From Lama glama (Eukaryota), in the NCBI GenBank assembly GCA_028534125.1, contig CM052818.1:38504001-38564000 (forward strand): a stretch of 60,000 bases of DNA. Reading direction: 5' to 3'. Shown here one piece after another: positions 12,461 to 24,479 of this stretch. The notes under the pieces are model-generated. The model made no database searches and was not told the DNA's origin. It saw only the letters and a program-made list of their open reading frames with translations. How positions within the stretch are numbered: the first letter of the stretch is position 1; the number at the start of each line of letters is the position of its first letter. Both the position numbers and the translations under genes were made by a program.

Positions 12461-14212
12461 TGTTCCCTACTGACAGTGACTGCAGGATGGTGACTTCATC
12501 TGTCATTCAACAGAGAAAGCCTGGACTTGTGCTTAGAGATTGAAGTTAAGCATCTCCTTGTGGTTTCTTTGTAACTAAATATGTTTACCCATTCTCCTTC
12601 AAGTGAATATGCCTGGGAGCTGAACCGTTTCCTGAAATCCTGACAGCGGCTCCTCCTGTGGAAAGACAGTCCACATGAAAGAGTTCGAATAAAATGTTAG
12701 GCAAGTGGAGTTTGGGTGCTATTACTATTTCCAGACACTTCACAACTCAGTGGTGAAGATATGACCAGCCTTGGGTTGAAACCTCTGTAATATCCAGTTT
12801 TAACAGTATTAATATACCATGGATGCAACGCAGCTGATCACTGAAGGGAGTTTAGCTGCCCAGAGGGAATTCCTGGCTAAGGACCACAGTGCACGAATGA
12901 GGACAACTGTGGAGGCCCAAGTGCCAGGAACAAGGCATACGTGCTTGGGGGAGTCTCCTCTAAGGGAACGGGGTCTTTATATACTGTTATATACTATTAC
13001 TGCTTTAGAACATGACCCTTCTGGAACTATCCGTGTTGGCACCAGAAGATGTAAATAACATCACAAGTAGTTTGTGACATCTGGATGCATCTCATAAATA
13101 ACAAACTGTAACAAGTCCTTCTGCCGCGGGTGCCTCGCGTACCCCTGAGTCCACGGTCCCCCTTCACTGCTCCGGGCCCCCTCCCCTTCCATGCCTTCCC
13201 TCGCTTTCCTCCAGCGGTTACCCCCCCCCCCCAATACACACACACACTCTCTATTTAGCACTGCCTGCAGCCTGTGTTCCCGGCTCCCCGGCAGTTTCCT
13301 GTCTACTCATCTCACCTCGTCTCCCCAGCCGGATCGGAGGTGCCTTGTGGACGGGGCCAGCCTCAGACATGTGTCCCTCCCGTCACAGCACCGTCCGTCA
13401 GTCGCCCTGTGGGAGTGACCCGCGTCAGTGAGACAGCGTTGCTGAACTACCTGCCCGGTGCCGCGTGTCCTCGGCAGGGAGGAGGAGGGCTGCCTCGGCG
13501 AAAGCTTCCTGTGGGAAATGGGCAGCACCTAGGAAAGAAGGGACGGCTTCGTGGAGAAAGTTCCAGGATGTTTGGAGAAACGTGCTGTGTCCGTTCATTA
13601 CTCCGGTCTCCTCACTGGCCTCCCAGCCCCTGAGGAAACCCAGAAGCAGTTCACGTAGGGAAAAACCTCCTCTCCTCTCCTCCCCAAGAAGAAATTGAGG
13701 GCGGGGGACTCAGAGGCCCCCACTCACTGGGGTTTCTGGAAGATCGGGGCTCCTGGATTCCTGCTGCGACTGGGCCATGGTCCCTCAGGGAGGGTGGGGG
13801 TCAGTTCCTCACCGGGCCTCCCTCCTTCCCCTTTCTGCTCCCTCCGGATGGGCTGAATTCAGGGCAGGTGACCCACATTCACAGGTACTGGGCTGGATTG
13901 GGGTGCCCACACAAACTCGAAGTCCTCTGAAATGGGAAAGAATGAGTAGGAAGGTGTCTCCACCAAGACGCTGTTAAGGACCAACTGGCTCCCGGTGACT
14001 ACAAAGTCTGCGCAGGGAGCAGGGGTGGCTCTGGCCCCTCATCTCTGGAGGCACCGCTGGGTCAGCGCAGGCTTCTTGGGGACTCAGCCCCCTGGCCCCA
14101 GCCCCACTCCCTGAGACCCCGGGGACAGGCGAGGCCCGGAGTGGCCCTGGCTGAGTCTGAGCTGAGCCCCTCGCCCGGCCCCTCCTGCGGCTCCGAGCCG
14201 GGCCTGGTGCAG

Positions 14213-14256
14213 AAAAGCAAACAGGCCCGGACACCGCCCTTTGGACCTTTTGCAAT
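14213..14256 (+). promoter_or_regulatory. Proximal promoter: FOXA/HNF3 (aaaagcaaacag), HNF4/DR1 (gccctttggacct, 14236-14248) and overlapping C/EBP (ttttgcaat)
   Basis: Matches the characterised APOB promoter element CGCCCTTTGGACCTTTTGCAAT, about 80-100 bp upstream of the inferred TSS. Confidence 0.88.
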
Positions 14257-14306
14257 TCGCCCGGCGCTTTCAGCCCCGGTGCCGCGGCCCTGGCCGGGCG
14301 GCCTCC

Positions 14307-14314
14307 CATAAATA
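14307..14314 (+). promoter_or_regulatory. TATA-like box CATAAATA
   Basis: About 29 bp upstream of gcgcATTCCC (inferred TSS about 14336). Confidence 0.8.
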
Positions 14315-14449
14315 GGGCGCGGGCGCTGGCCGCGCATTCCCGGCTCAGGGACTACTGCCTGTGGGAGCGGGTCCCTGCGGAACCAGCGAGCAGCGGGGAG
14401 GCCAGGCCCAGCCAGCGAGGCTCCGGGGCCGCCGCCGCCCAGGTCGGCC

Positions 14450-14516
14450 ATGGGCCCGCCGAGGCCCGCGCTGCCGCTGCTGCTGCTGCTGCTGGCGGCC
14501 GCCGGCGCCCGAGCCA
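14450..14516 (+). CDS. APOB: Exon 1 coding part: signal peptide MGPPRPALPLLLLLLAAAGARA
   Basis: Strong Kozak gccATGG; Leu-rich core; donor A|gtgagt, phase 1. Confidence 0.93.
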
Positions 14517-14858
14517 GTGAGTGAGGCCGCCCAGCGCGGCCGCGGTGCGGGGCTGGGGGTCGGGGCGAGAATCAGAGCCCAGGGGTGGAAGCCAGGGCAG
14601 GGAAGGTGGCTGGGACAGCTTGGGCCCGGGTTAGGGGGAAAGCAGCCAGAGGGGCAGGGGGCAGGGGCACGGGACCAACTGGGTGGCTCCCCCAGCCTCA
14701 GGATGGGGTCGGGGGCGGGGGTGGAGCTGGGATTCGGTTCTTCAGAATTTGCTTCCTTCCCAAAAGATCAAAGTCCTATTCAGTGTTCCTCCCTGTCAGA
14801 CCCTAAGACCCATCTGGAAGAAAGGGAAAACTCAGTTGTCTTTCTCCTTTTCTTACAG

Positions 14859-14897
14859 GAGATGAAGTGCAGGAAAGTGTCAGGCCCAGCTGTCCAA
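14859..14897 (+). CDS. APOB: Exon 2 (39 nt), RDEVQESVRPSCPK
   Basis: Polypyrimidine tract + ttacag acceptor; gtacgt donor; contains Cys12. Confidence 0.9.
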
Positions 14898-15142
14898 GTA
14901 CGTCATTGCCCAGCCCCCCAGCCCATCCCTCTGCACCTCGGGTCACTGAAATGCTGTGATGCTGTGATTGGTGTACACTGTTCTGAGCCCAAGAAGCCCG
15001 TTCCTTGAGCTTCTGCCCACCTCTGAGGGGTCTCAGCTCTCTTTTACATGACCTTCTGATCTGTCCCAGAAGCTTGGTGTTGGGGGAGGGTGGGGAAGGG
15101 ACTGTCATTCTGTTGGTCCACGGACATTTTATAGAGACATCA

Positions 15143-15200
15143 CTGTCCTGTTTGTCAGGGGTTAATCATTAATTTGAAGCACAGGAGGGGAGGAAATGCT
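15143..15200 (+). promoter_or_regulatory. Intron-2 liver enhancer core: FOXA-like tgtttgtc, HNF1 GTTAATCATTAAT, C/EBP-like gaggaaat
   Basis: 12/13 match to HNF1 consensus at 15161-15173; position and motif order fit the known APOB second-intron enhancer. Confidence 0.75.
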
Positions 15201-15894
15201 GACTTTAACCTTTGTGCAGAAATCCAGACCCCCACCCCTTTGTATTTACCTGACCCCTAGGGGTCAAGGAAGCTGGCCTTGTAGTGGTACCCAGTGTGCT
15301 GAGTGGGAGGCCTCTTATGGGGCAGCACTGCCATCTCGTGGGCATCTTGCATCACTGCATCTGGGTTCATGATCCAAATGTTCTTTTTCTCAAATTGTTC
15401 AGAAAATTCCTCTCAATCACAGTGGAAACCTCCAGAAATTCCTTCTTGGAGATTTTTTAAGTGAGCCAGATACCCCTAATAGTTAATGTACTTTGCCTCA
15501 GGTATTTGGTAGAACCAAAAAAGAGCCACAGAATAATGGTATTTTCAAGCTGAAAAGGCAATGAAAGATCCTTACTTCATGCTGACAACCCTCCATTTTC
15601 CAAGGAGTCTGTCTTGTAGACTTTCTGACTCTTATCACTTGACACCCCCTGCCGTGCACCTCAGATACTATATTCAAGGAATGTCAGCTCATTTAAATGT
15701 TACCCTCAGCAAAACTATAATGGAGGAGTTAAATCCATAAAGGAAAATTAAGTGCAAGGCAAAGTCAATTAAAAATAATTTGAGTTTAATTACCACTTTT
15801 GATTATCTATGCCACTACCCTTCTCTGCCCAGGAATGACTGTCCTCAGGCAAGTTATTTCTGCTCTGTGGCTGACTTAATTCCCCTCATTGCAG

Positions 15895-16010
15895 AAGATG
15901 CAACACGATTCAAGCACTTCAGGAAATACGTGTACGACTACAAGGCAGAGAGTTCCAGTGGCGTCCCCGGGACTGCCGATTCAAGAAGCTCCACCAAGAT
16001 CCACTGCAAG
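15895..16010 (+). CDS. APOB: Exon 3 (116 nt)
   Basis: gcag|AAGATGCAACACGA ([11 protein letters not shown]...KIHCK)|gtgtga. Confidence 0.95.
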
Positions 16011-16514
16011 GTGTGAGGGGAGATGGAGGGGACCCTGGAGCCCAGGGCTTAGCAAACCCAGCTCACGCCAGGACTGTTGTAATCTTAAAGTGCTGGGAAA
16101 GTCGGCCACTTTGCTGAGATGTTGTCCCCCATTGAAAATTTTACCCACCACACGTATCTCCCCATTCGCTTCCAAGACGTAATTGCAGCGGGTGACCCAG
16201 AACATCCGCGTTGCACACCAGTAGATTTAACGTGTTGCGACGTGTCCGGTGGGTGAGCCGAGGGAGGTGGGCACCTCAGGAAAGCATTCTGGAGTGCGGT
16301 TTTTATAACCTAAGTCCAACAGTATCTGCTACTAAAAACGAATGGAAAATGGAAAATTTAAACATGTAGTTTATTCTCAAATAAGACTTTGCTTGTTGTT
16401 GAGACTGACTATACTCATATCCATGTTCCTATGGAACAGACCTAGGGGCCTCTACTGGGGTTTGTCTGGGAACGAGAACTCCGGCTGGGTCGTCTTCTTC
16501 CCAGGGCTCCCGAG

Positions 16515-16702
16515 TCTGTGCCGTCAGATAAGGTAGCCAGGAGCCACATGTGGCTGTTTAAATTGAATAAAAGTAAAAATTCCGTTGCTTAGTCACAGAG
16601 CCTCAGTTCAAGTGTCCAGTAGCCACCCAGTGGCTCCCAGGTTGGATAATGCAAATGGAGAATGTTTCCATCACTGCAGAAGGTTCTTCATAAACAGTGC
16701 TG
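16515..16702 (-). mobile_element. MER3-like hAT-Charlie DNA transposon
   Basis: agccacatgtggct; tttccatcactgcagaaggttc ... acagtgctg. Confidence 0.8.
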
Positions 16703-17076
16703 GATGATGACTAGGGCTTAAAGTCCAGCTGTCTGTGACGCTCTGGAGGGGCCCTGATAGATACAGATGGTTTTGGATTTTGGGTTTTTCTGGTCCCATT
16801 AAGGAAACATATGCTGTTGAAGCCAATGCTAGCCTCCTGGTTTTCTTCCTAACTCTCACTCTTAGGCTGCATTTCTTCCAACCAGCTGTACCTCCTTATG
16901 ACTAACGTGAGTGCATTTAGAACCAATAAAATTTTGTCCTTTACAAAAATACAGAGGGGAGGACGTCAGAAACTTGGTACCCCGAGCCAGGGAAAAGGGC
17001 AGAAAGTCCTGGGCGGAGGGAGGGATCTTGTGCTCTGGGTGGAGAGTCTTGATGTGCCGTTACCTTCTCTTCTCAG

Positions 17077-17222
17077 GTCGAGCTGAAGGTCCCTCAATTC
17101 TGCAACTTCATCCTGAATACGAGCCAGTGCACCCTGAAAGAGGTGTATGGCTTCAACCCTGAGGGCAAGGCCTTGCTGAAGAAGGCCAAGAACTCTGAGG
17201 AGTTTGCCGCCGCCATGTCCAG
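17077..17222 (+). CDS. APOB: Exon 4 (146 nt)
   Basis: [13 protein letters not shown]...EEFAAAMSR; tctcag/gtaaga. Confidence 0.95.
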
Positions 17223-18769
17223 GTAAGACGTGGGCCCGAGCACTGAAATTTCTGAGCTCTGGGCGTCACCGCACATGTTGCGTGTGAGTATGTGTGTGTC
17301 CACTAAGGTGTGGATGTGTGTGTTTATGTTAGGCACGTATGTGAGAATAAGTTTGTATTCTCTGTTCACCGTGGATCAGCTGAGCTCTCACAATAATCAA
17401 AAAGAGGGAAGCAGTATTTACCCTCCCCTAGTGAGCTTCCCCTAATTCTCATTTAAATGTGCTTCCAAAAGATCTCATGCTTTAAAAAAAATTCCTTGAG
17501 ACAAGAAAGCTGAAATGATTTGTTTTAACAAGTGAATGCGTGTTTAAAAAATAAAGCAAGACAGTACCTGGTGGTCTTCAGAAAGGGTCCCGGGAGGACT
17601 TGTTGCTGTGGCCAAACATGGCAGGCAGTGCAGGGAAGCCGAACACCAGCTTCAAGGAGTCTAGGGAGAGCCACGGCCTGAGCCACTGTCCCACCAGGGC
17701 CGGCATTCTGCCAGTGCACAGTGCCCGGGCCATTCCTGCTGTGTACAGCCGGCATCTCTCTGACTGGCCAGTGTCCATGTCATACTGGTTTTCAGATTTT
17801 TTTGAATTTCACCCCTACCTCATCTCCAGATCATAGTTTGTAGAAGTATGTGTGGATACAGGCAGTCATGGATTTGTGGATTTGGTCATCAGAAACTGCC
17901 CCCCTGCCTATCTTTCAATTTGTTAATAAACATTAGACTTAGAAGCCAGAATAGGCCTGGATGCTTCTGTCTCTCACCAATACGTCATGTTTTATCCTAG
18001 ACCCAAGGGAGGGGGCGTGCAGTGACAGAAGGGAGTATAGTTCCTTTTTGGTCCTTACCCTACTCCAAACAAAAGGACTCCTGCTTTTTTTCCCCAAAAA
18101 ATTATTTATTTAAAATTCTTATTTTAATTATCATTTATTTAATTATAGCTGAAGTTGAATGTTTTCTTAAGCGTCCATTATCCATTTTTTCCTATGAAGT
18201 CTGTTTTTGCACTTGCTCATTTTTCTATTGGAGTTTTGATCTTTTTATAAGTAGAATTCATTTTCTATTTTATGGAGATTAGGATTCTACTATATATGTT
18301 GGAAATATTTTGTTTTCAGTTTGCTATTTTCTTATTATTGTGTTTGTATTTTTCCATGTTCAATTTTTTAATATTTATACGTAGTTAAATTTTTTTTATT
18401 TTGTGATTTCCAGGATTTTGGTTTTATTTACTCCAAGATGTTTTCTTCTTATTGTTTTACAGTATCAGCTTTTTTTGTGTATATATATTTTTATTGATGT
18501 ATAGTCAGTCTACATTGTTGTGTTGAGGGACTCCTGCTTGTGACCTCAAGGCTTTTTTGTAAGCCTGCATCACAGTGTCTGGAACTTTCTGAGACAGTGC
18601 AGAGCTCTGGGAAACGTGCCTGGTTTCCTTTTCTTTCTTCTGACTTAACTGGAGCAGGTGCAGCCAGACCCTTTGACACCCTCTAAGGAAGTCCCCAAAG
18701 AAAGGTCCCCAAGATCAAAGTTGACCCAAGCTTTAGATATAGCCTGAGATCATATAACAGAGTGAATAT

Positions 18770-19545
18770 CGAACAAATGTATGAAAAGCTGAAACTCACT
18801 AGTGGTCAGGAAATGCAAATTAATGTAACAACAAGATATTTATCATCTTACACCCGTAAGACTATAGGAATTTAAAACAGCTGTAGCACTGGTTGTTGGC
18901 AAGCCTAAGAGGAGTGTACCCTCACGCGTTGTGGGTGGGAATGAGTACCACTAGTCAATATCTATTATGATTAAACGTACTTGTAGCCCTTGACACAGCA
19001 GTTTCAAAGTCTGAGTCTGTAGCCCATGAAAAGAAAGGCAGTAATGTGTGAAGCTATATGCATAAGGATGTTTATTTCAGTGTTGTTTGGGTGGCGAAAA
19101 AAAAATTAAAATTAAAAAATCCAGGAAGAGAGAAAGTGAATGCCATCAAATAGGGGAATGTCTCAGTAAATCATATATAACCATAGAATAGAATTTTATA
19201 CAACTGTTAAAAAAGAATCTGTCAGAGCTCTATCAGCGGACTCAGAAGGATTTTCACGGAGTAGAGTTGAGAAAAGCACGATAAAGAAAGGTGTACAAGT
19301 GTTAGCCACTGTATATAAAAATAGATTAAAAGAAAACCGTTTCTGCTGTATAGCACAGGGAACTATGTTCAATATCTTGTAATAACCTTTAATGAAAAAA
19401 ATAGGAAAATGAATATGTATGTATATGCATGACTGGGACATTGTGCTGTGCACCAGAAATTGACACATTGTAACTAGTGGTACTTCAATATAAAAAAAAA
19501 AAAGAAAAGTATATAATAAAATACCATTTGGGTAAAACAAGCAAT
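18770..19545 (+). mobile_element. Old L1M fragment interrupted by a younger L1 3' end (19296-19500)
   Basis: caggaaatgcaaattaa; young insert has an A tail and an 11/13 TSD aaagaaaggtgta/aaagaaaagtata. Confidence 0.8.
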
Positions 19546-19909
19546 GATGAAACCTTTCTCTGTAGATATTCTCACCCCACACTCTGTGTAGGATTGTCTG
19601 AGTGTGGGGACACAAATGGAACGCCCCGGAGGTGGTTCTGCAGGGAGCATGGCCAGAGACTGATGTAGGTAGAAAACGGACAGGGGACGGGTAAGCCAAG
19701 CCAAAGAGGGGAAGAAATGAAAGAATACCAAATGCGTACACGTTTGTGTACCTTTATGAAAAGGTATGTACACTGTATAGATACATTTATAAAGAAAAGA
19801 TGCGAAAAGAAAAGCAAGCAAAAAGGAGGCTGCAAAGCCACGCAGCTGACATCCAATAGGCTCCCAGTGGAGAGAAGACACCCCTGTGACCACACTGTCT
19901 CCGGGGCAG

Positions 19910-20063
19910 GTACGAGCTCAAGCTGGCTGTTCCTGAAGGGAAGCGAGTGGTACTTTACCCAGAGAAGGACGAGCCTAAACACATCCTGAACATCAAGAGA
20001 GGCATCATTTCTGCCCTCCTGCTTCCCCCGGAGACAGAAGAGGCTAAACAAGTGTTATTTCTG
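19910..20063 (+). CDS. APOB: Exon 5 (154 nt)
   Basis: [11 protein letters not shown]...AKQVLFL; gcag/gtgaga. Confidence 0.95.
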
Positions 20064-20757
20064 GTGAGAAATCTCGAAAGCCAGTAAGAGAGGCCCTGGT
20101 AACTCATCTTCACATATTGTACATGGAGTGGATCACTGACTCTGCTGCGTGCGTGGCGGGTTACACAGGAGGCCCTGTATTGGTGTGAAGCACCGTGCCC
20201 GAGGCGCCCCCTGGGCTCTGGGCCCACTGAGGGACCATCATCCCAATTAGCCTTCTCAGGTTGGGTCTACTTTTCAGCCAGTTTTGGGGGCGTCCTGATC
20301 ATGCTACTCCTTTGATTTTGTTTTATTACCACAAGGCGTAACACAGTAAATAATTTTGTTTTAAACACAGAAAATAATTCAATCTGTTTGCCAGGCTCTT
20401 TTAAGAATTTCAGGTTTTGATCTGAGAGTTAATTCTATTGACTTCCGTCCCACGAGCATTTTTGAGCCCTTACTGTGTTCTGAGTTGTGTACGGCGCTGT
20501 GCTTGGAGAACACAGAGCTGCATCCTGCAGAGGCCTCTCCTCGGGGATCGCCAGAACCACCCTTACCTGGTTTTCTCGCCCCAACTCTGGCTGCCCAGGA
20601 ACCAGCAATGCCCACACTCTGCCCAAGAGGATGCAACTTTCTCCTAAATCCACGTTGCTCCTGCTTTTTCTCCCAGGTTCCTTTCCCAGCCCCACCCCAA
20701 GCTACGAAAGATGTTTCCCCAAGTTGAATGCACCTGTGGTATCTTCTGCTCCCATAG

Positions 20758-20913
20758 GATACCGTGTATGGAAACTGCTCCAGTGACATTACCGTTAAAA
20801 CGAGGAAGGGAAGTGTGACAACTGAAATATCCATCGAAAGAAACCTGGAGAAGTGTGACAACTTCCAGCCCATTCGCACAGGAGTTAGCCCGCTTGCTTT
20901 GATCAGGGGCATG
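20758..20913 (+). CDS. APOB: Exon 6 (156 nt)
   Basis: DTVYGNCS...SPLALIRGM; catag/gtacgt. Confidence 0.95.
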
Positions 20914-21353
20914 GTACGTTTCACATCCGCACTGCTGCTCACACTAGCCGCAGCCTCCTCATTATTTCGATTCTGGAATGTTAGAGGTAGTAGGAATCTC
21001 AGAGAAAACTTCTAGGCAAAGAAAATGCAAGGAGCAGCAGCATGTGAAGTGTTCATGCGTGGAAGGACAGGCATGTGTAGGATCTCAGGTTATATATACT
21101 TTGTGCAGGATTAGGGGTCCATTGGGGTGGAATAAAAAGCGTCAATAGCTTAGCTCAGCTGGGGTATGCCGAGTTGCTGCATCCCCTTGTCAAAAGCTCA
21201 AGTACCAAGCTCTCTTCTTTAACTGAGTTTACCCAGTGGTACAGAACTCCCATTCCCCTACCCTCTTCCCTGAAAGTAAATGCCTTTGGCAGGAGTCTCA
21301 GGTCCAAGCCCCAGGGACTGATGAACATGCTTGTTCCCTGATCTCATTCATAG

Positions 21354-21478
21354 ACCCGCCCCTTGTCAACCCTGATTGGCAGCAGCCAGTCCTGCCAGTA
21401 CACCCTGGACCCCGAAAGCAAGCACGTGTCGGAAGTCATCTGCAAGGAGCAACACCTGTTCCTGCCTTTCTCCTACAA
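21354..21478 (+). CDS. APOB: Exon 7 (125 nt)
   Basis: [16 protein letters not shown]...LPFSYK; catag/gtaggt. Confidence 0.95.
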
Positions 21479-22175
21479 GTAGGTCACCTGCTGCACCCCT
21501 ACTAATGGCTCCGGTCATTTATGGGGTCGCTGTGAGCTGAATGCTTCTCAGATGCCTGTTCAAAGCTAGGCTGTGCCTGGGAGGGGACTGTGAAGAGATG
21601 CAAAGCAGAGCCCATCCCCGTTTCCCCTTTTCAAGTTAACTGGCAGTTTGGTAGGAAAATCTTAGGCGTGCAAAACAATTTGAAACCAACACAAGATACC
21701 TGAGACCCAGATTTAAGGGCCGTAGATGAGGAAACACTGGGCATCAATGGCAGGCTGCCCTGGTTAGAAAGGCTTCGTGGAAGATTTAAGAATTGGACTA
21801 GAGAATTGATTATCCAAATCCATTTTGAACCAGGTTGGTCAACTAGTATTTATTGAGTAACTGCCACATTCTTGGCACTGTGCTGTGGGAGATACAAAGG
21901 AATTTCGAAGCACAGTGTTTGTCCATTCCCTCTGGGCACTCCAGAATGGCGGGGGGTGTAAAGTACATGTGTACTTCTGATGGAATGACAGCCAGCATGA
22001 CCAGAAGGAGGTGGTGCTGTTCACTGGGGAGCCAAGGACAGCTGGGTTTACCTGTGGTTTGAAAGGTGAGCAGGACTTGGGTAGAAGCGGAGATGGGAGA
22101 AGCGCTGGACATGAGAAGAATGGAGCGCCCCGGGGAGCTGGCCCTCCGGACATGATGTGCCTCCTTTGTTACCAG

Positions 22176-22261
22176 GAATAAGTATGGGATGATGACACAG
22201 GTTTCACAGACTTTGAAACTTGAAGACACACCCAGGATCAACAGCCGCTTCTTTGATGAAG
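22176..22261 (+). CDS. APOB: Exon 8 (86 nt)
   Basis: [28 protein letters not shown]; accag/gtgaga. Confidence 0.95.
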
Positions 22262-23294
22262 GTGAGACTTTATGTGCGCATGGTGACTGGGGCAGGGAAG
22301 TCTGTCCACGACGTACCCACCATGGCTGAGCTCCTTGCTGGGCCCTGTGAAACGTCACGGCTCTCGAGGTCAGCCTGTGGGCGATTCTGGTGAGACAGTA
22401 TATTCGTTTCATAAGTTCAGATGGCAGCGGGGTAAAGGGAAAGGAGGAGCTCCCCACAGCTCCCGCGTTTTTGTAAGCAGGAAACTGACCCCCTAAGCCT
22501 TCCTCTGGTAGACCTGACCGCCTCAGACACCCCGTGACAAGGCTGAAGGAACATTAGAGATCTCCAGACCAGCCCTAGCCCTGCTCTGGCCTTGTGTTTG
22601 AATCTTTCTTATGCCTTACCTTATCATTCTCAGCAACCAGTGATGTCATGTGGTAGCATCGTGTGCTTTTATACCCATTCTACAGAGGGGGAAATGACGC
22701 AGAGGGGCTTAGTCATGTGTTATAGGTCACAGGCTATCGGAGGCAGTGCAAAATGGGCCTCCAGGTCTCATCTAAGCCAGGATTCCTTCTCTTGCGTGAC
22801 ATTTCCATGCTGACTTCATAGGTGAGAGCAGGACGAAGGAGGGGACACAAAAGGGTCTTCCTCTCTCCCACAAACTGCCATTAGACCCAATTGGACGAAA
22901 GGATGGGTGAGCTTCAGTGAGTCTAACCACAGCTGTAGTCACCGCATGAGCAGCAGCACCTCCTCACCAGCTCTTTCAGGCAAAAGGGTCATCTGATACC
23001 TGATTCACACAAGCCTGGATTCAATTCCAGCTCTGCCCGTCACACCCAGAAAGTTCCTGGGCTGGGCGAGTGTCTCACCTCTGGGTTCCCTTGTCTTTAA
23101 ATAGAGGAATACTGCCACCCACAGGGAGAGTACGATGAGTCAGTGAAACACAGAAGTCAGACACTGAGCACAGGATCGTTCTCTTTCCCTCTCCCCTTTG
23201 CTGACCCCTCCGCAGCCTCCAGTTTCCAGTAGACCGAGCTGTGGCTGAGATGTGAAGGTAAGCCGGAATCCCTCTGACACGCCCCTCCTTCCAG

Positions 23295-23514
23295 GTCCCG
23301 AGGCGGTGGGTCTTGCCTTTGAGAGCACCAAGTCCACGTCACCTCCAAAGCAGGCAGAGGCCATCCTGCAGACCCTCCAGGAGCTGCAGAAACTGCACGA
23401 CTCCGAGCAGAACGCCCAGAGAGCCAACCTCTTCTATAAACTGGTGACCGAGCTGAGAGGCCTCAGCAGTGAGGCAGTCGCATCCCTCTTGCCAAAGCTC
23501 ATCGAGGTGTCCAG
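23295..23514 (+). CDS. APOB: Exon 9 (220 nt)
   Basis: [18 protein letters not shown]...LIEVS; tccag/gtattt. Confidence 0.95.
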
Positions 23515-23968
23515 GTATTTTTTTACCCATCACATCTCAGTCTCTCACAGGTTATAAATTAATCGTAGACAGCTCAGACCTTGGCCAAAGAATCTCAGGG
23601 ACCATTGAAATTTCAAGCCAGTTAATCAATTACTCAATCAACTAACATTTGCTGGACAAAGAAATATCAATTAAGATGTCTCAAGTTCCATGGGCAACAC
23701 ACACATACATACATTGCATCCAAGGTAGATAAGTATTTGTGTATTAAAATAGGAGGGAAATATTTCCCACATTTTGATGCGTATCTTCTAGTTCCTAGTC
23801 CTATTAGGGGTACCCTGGAAAGTTTGAGAGGAAAAGAAGTCTGCCTTCTGGAAGCTCGTAGGCTAGAGGAAAGAGAACTCAGGCAAACAATACAGTGACT
23901 TCTCTTTACTTCCATGCGCTGGCTCTTAGTGCTGTGAAGGGGAGAGAAGGGTCTCAGGACTGAAGGGG

Positions 23969-24087
23969 TGTTTGCCTGGCATGTTCTGTGCTCTGACCAA
24001 AGGACCACAGTCCTCTGTGGGTGTTGAGTCCAGGGGGTCCTTCTTCAGACTTTCCCCCGTGGTGCTTCTCCAGTGGAAAATGATTGG
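23969..24087 (+). pseudogene. Degenerate copy of the APOB intron 12/exon 13 junction inside intron 9
   Basis: 33/37 identity to 25759-25795 and 25/28 to 25826-25853, including an exact 19-mer gtccttcttcagactttcc. Confidence 0.85.
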
Positions 24088-24251
24088 AGGGAAGGCTTCC
24101 TAGTTCTAGGGATCTGAGTGGGGTTTTGGAAGTTGGTTGGATTTGGATAGTGAATAAGGTGAATTCCTGGCAGAGGGAACGCCACGGGCCAAGGATATTT
24201 TAGCTGCCTAGAAAGTGATCTTTATAACTTTCTCTGCCCTTTTCTTCTTAG

Positions 24252-24479
24252 CCCCATCACTTTACAAGCCTTGATTCAATGCGGACAGCCCCAGTGTTAC
24301 ACTCGCATCCTCCAGTGGCTGAAGACTGAGAAAGCCAATCCTCTTCTGATAGATGTTGTGACCTACTTGGTGGCCCTGATCCCACAGCCCTCGGCCGAGA
24401 GGCTGCGGGAGATCTTTAACACGGCGAAGGAGCAGCACAGCCGGGCCACGTTCTATGCTCTGAGTCACGTGATCAACAA
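24252..24479 (+). CDS. APOB: Exon 10 (228 nt)
   Basis: [15 protein letters not shown]...YALSHVIN; cttag/gtgagt. Confidence 0.95.

Larger units (their letters stand above)
14120..14730. promoter_or_regulatory. CpG island over promoter, exon 1 and the start of intron 1
   Basis: Very GC- and CpG-rich relative to flanks; limits estimated by eye. Confidence 0.8.

Noticed and set aside
13011..13093. Possible third copy of the upstream duplicated module (gacccttctgg and tttgtgacatc 11-mers)
   Set aside because: Spacing (57 vs 217 bp) and intervening sequence do not align; may be chance
14517..14526. Tandem donors gtgagtgag (also gtaagtaag at 26038)
   Set aside because: +4 donors are weaker, frameshifting and a common by-product of the consensus
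14361..15008. 215-aa ORF and overlapping antisense ORFs at the promoter
   Set aside because: Off-frame read-through of GC-rich, stop-poor CpG island, exon 1 and intron 1; no recognisable protein
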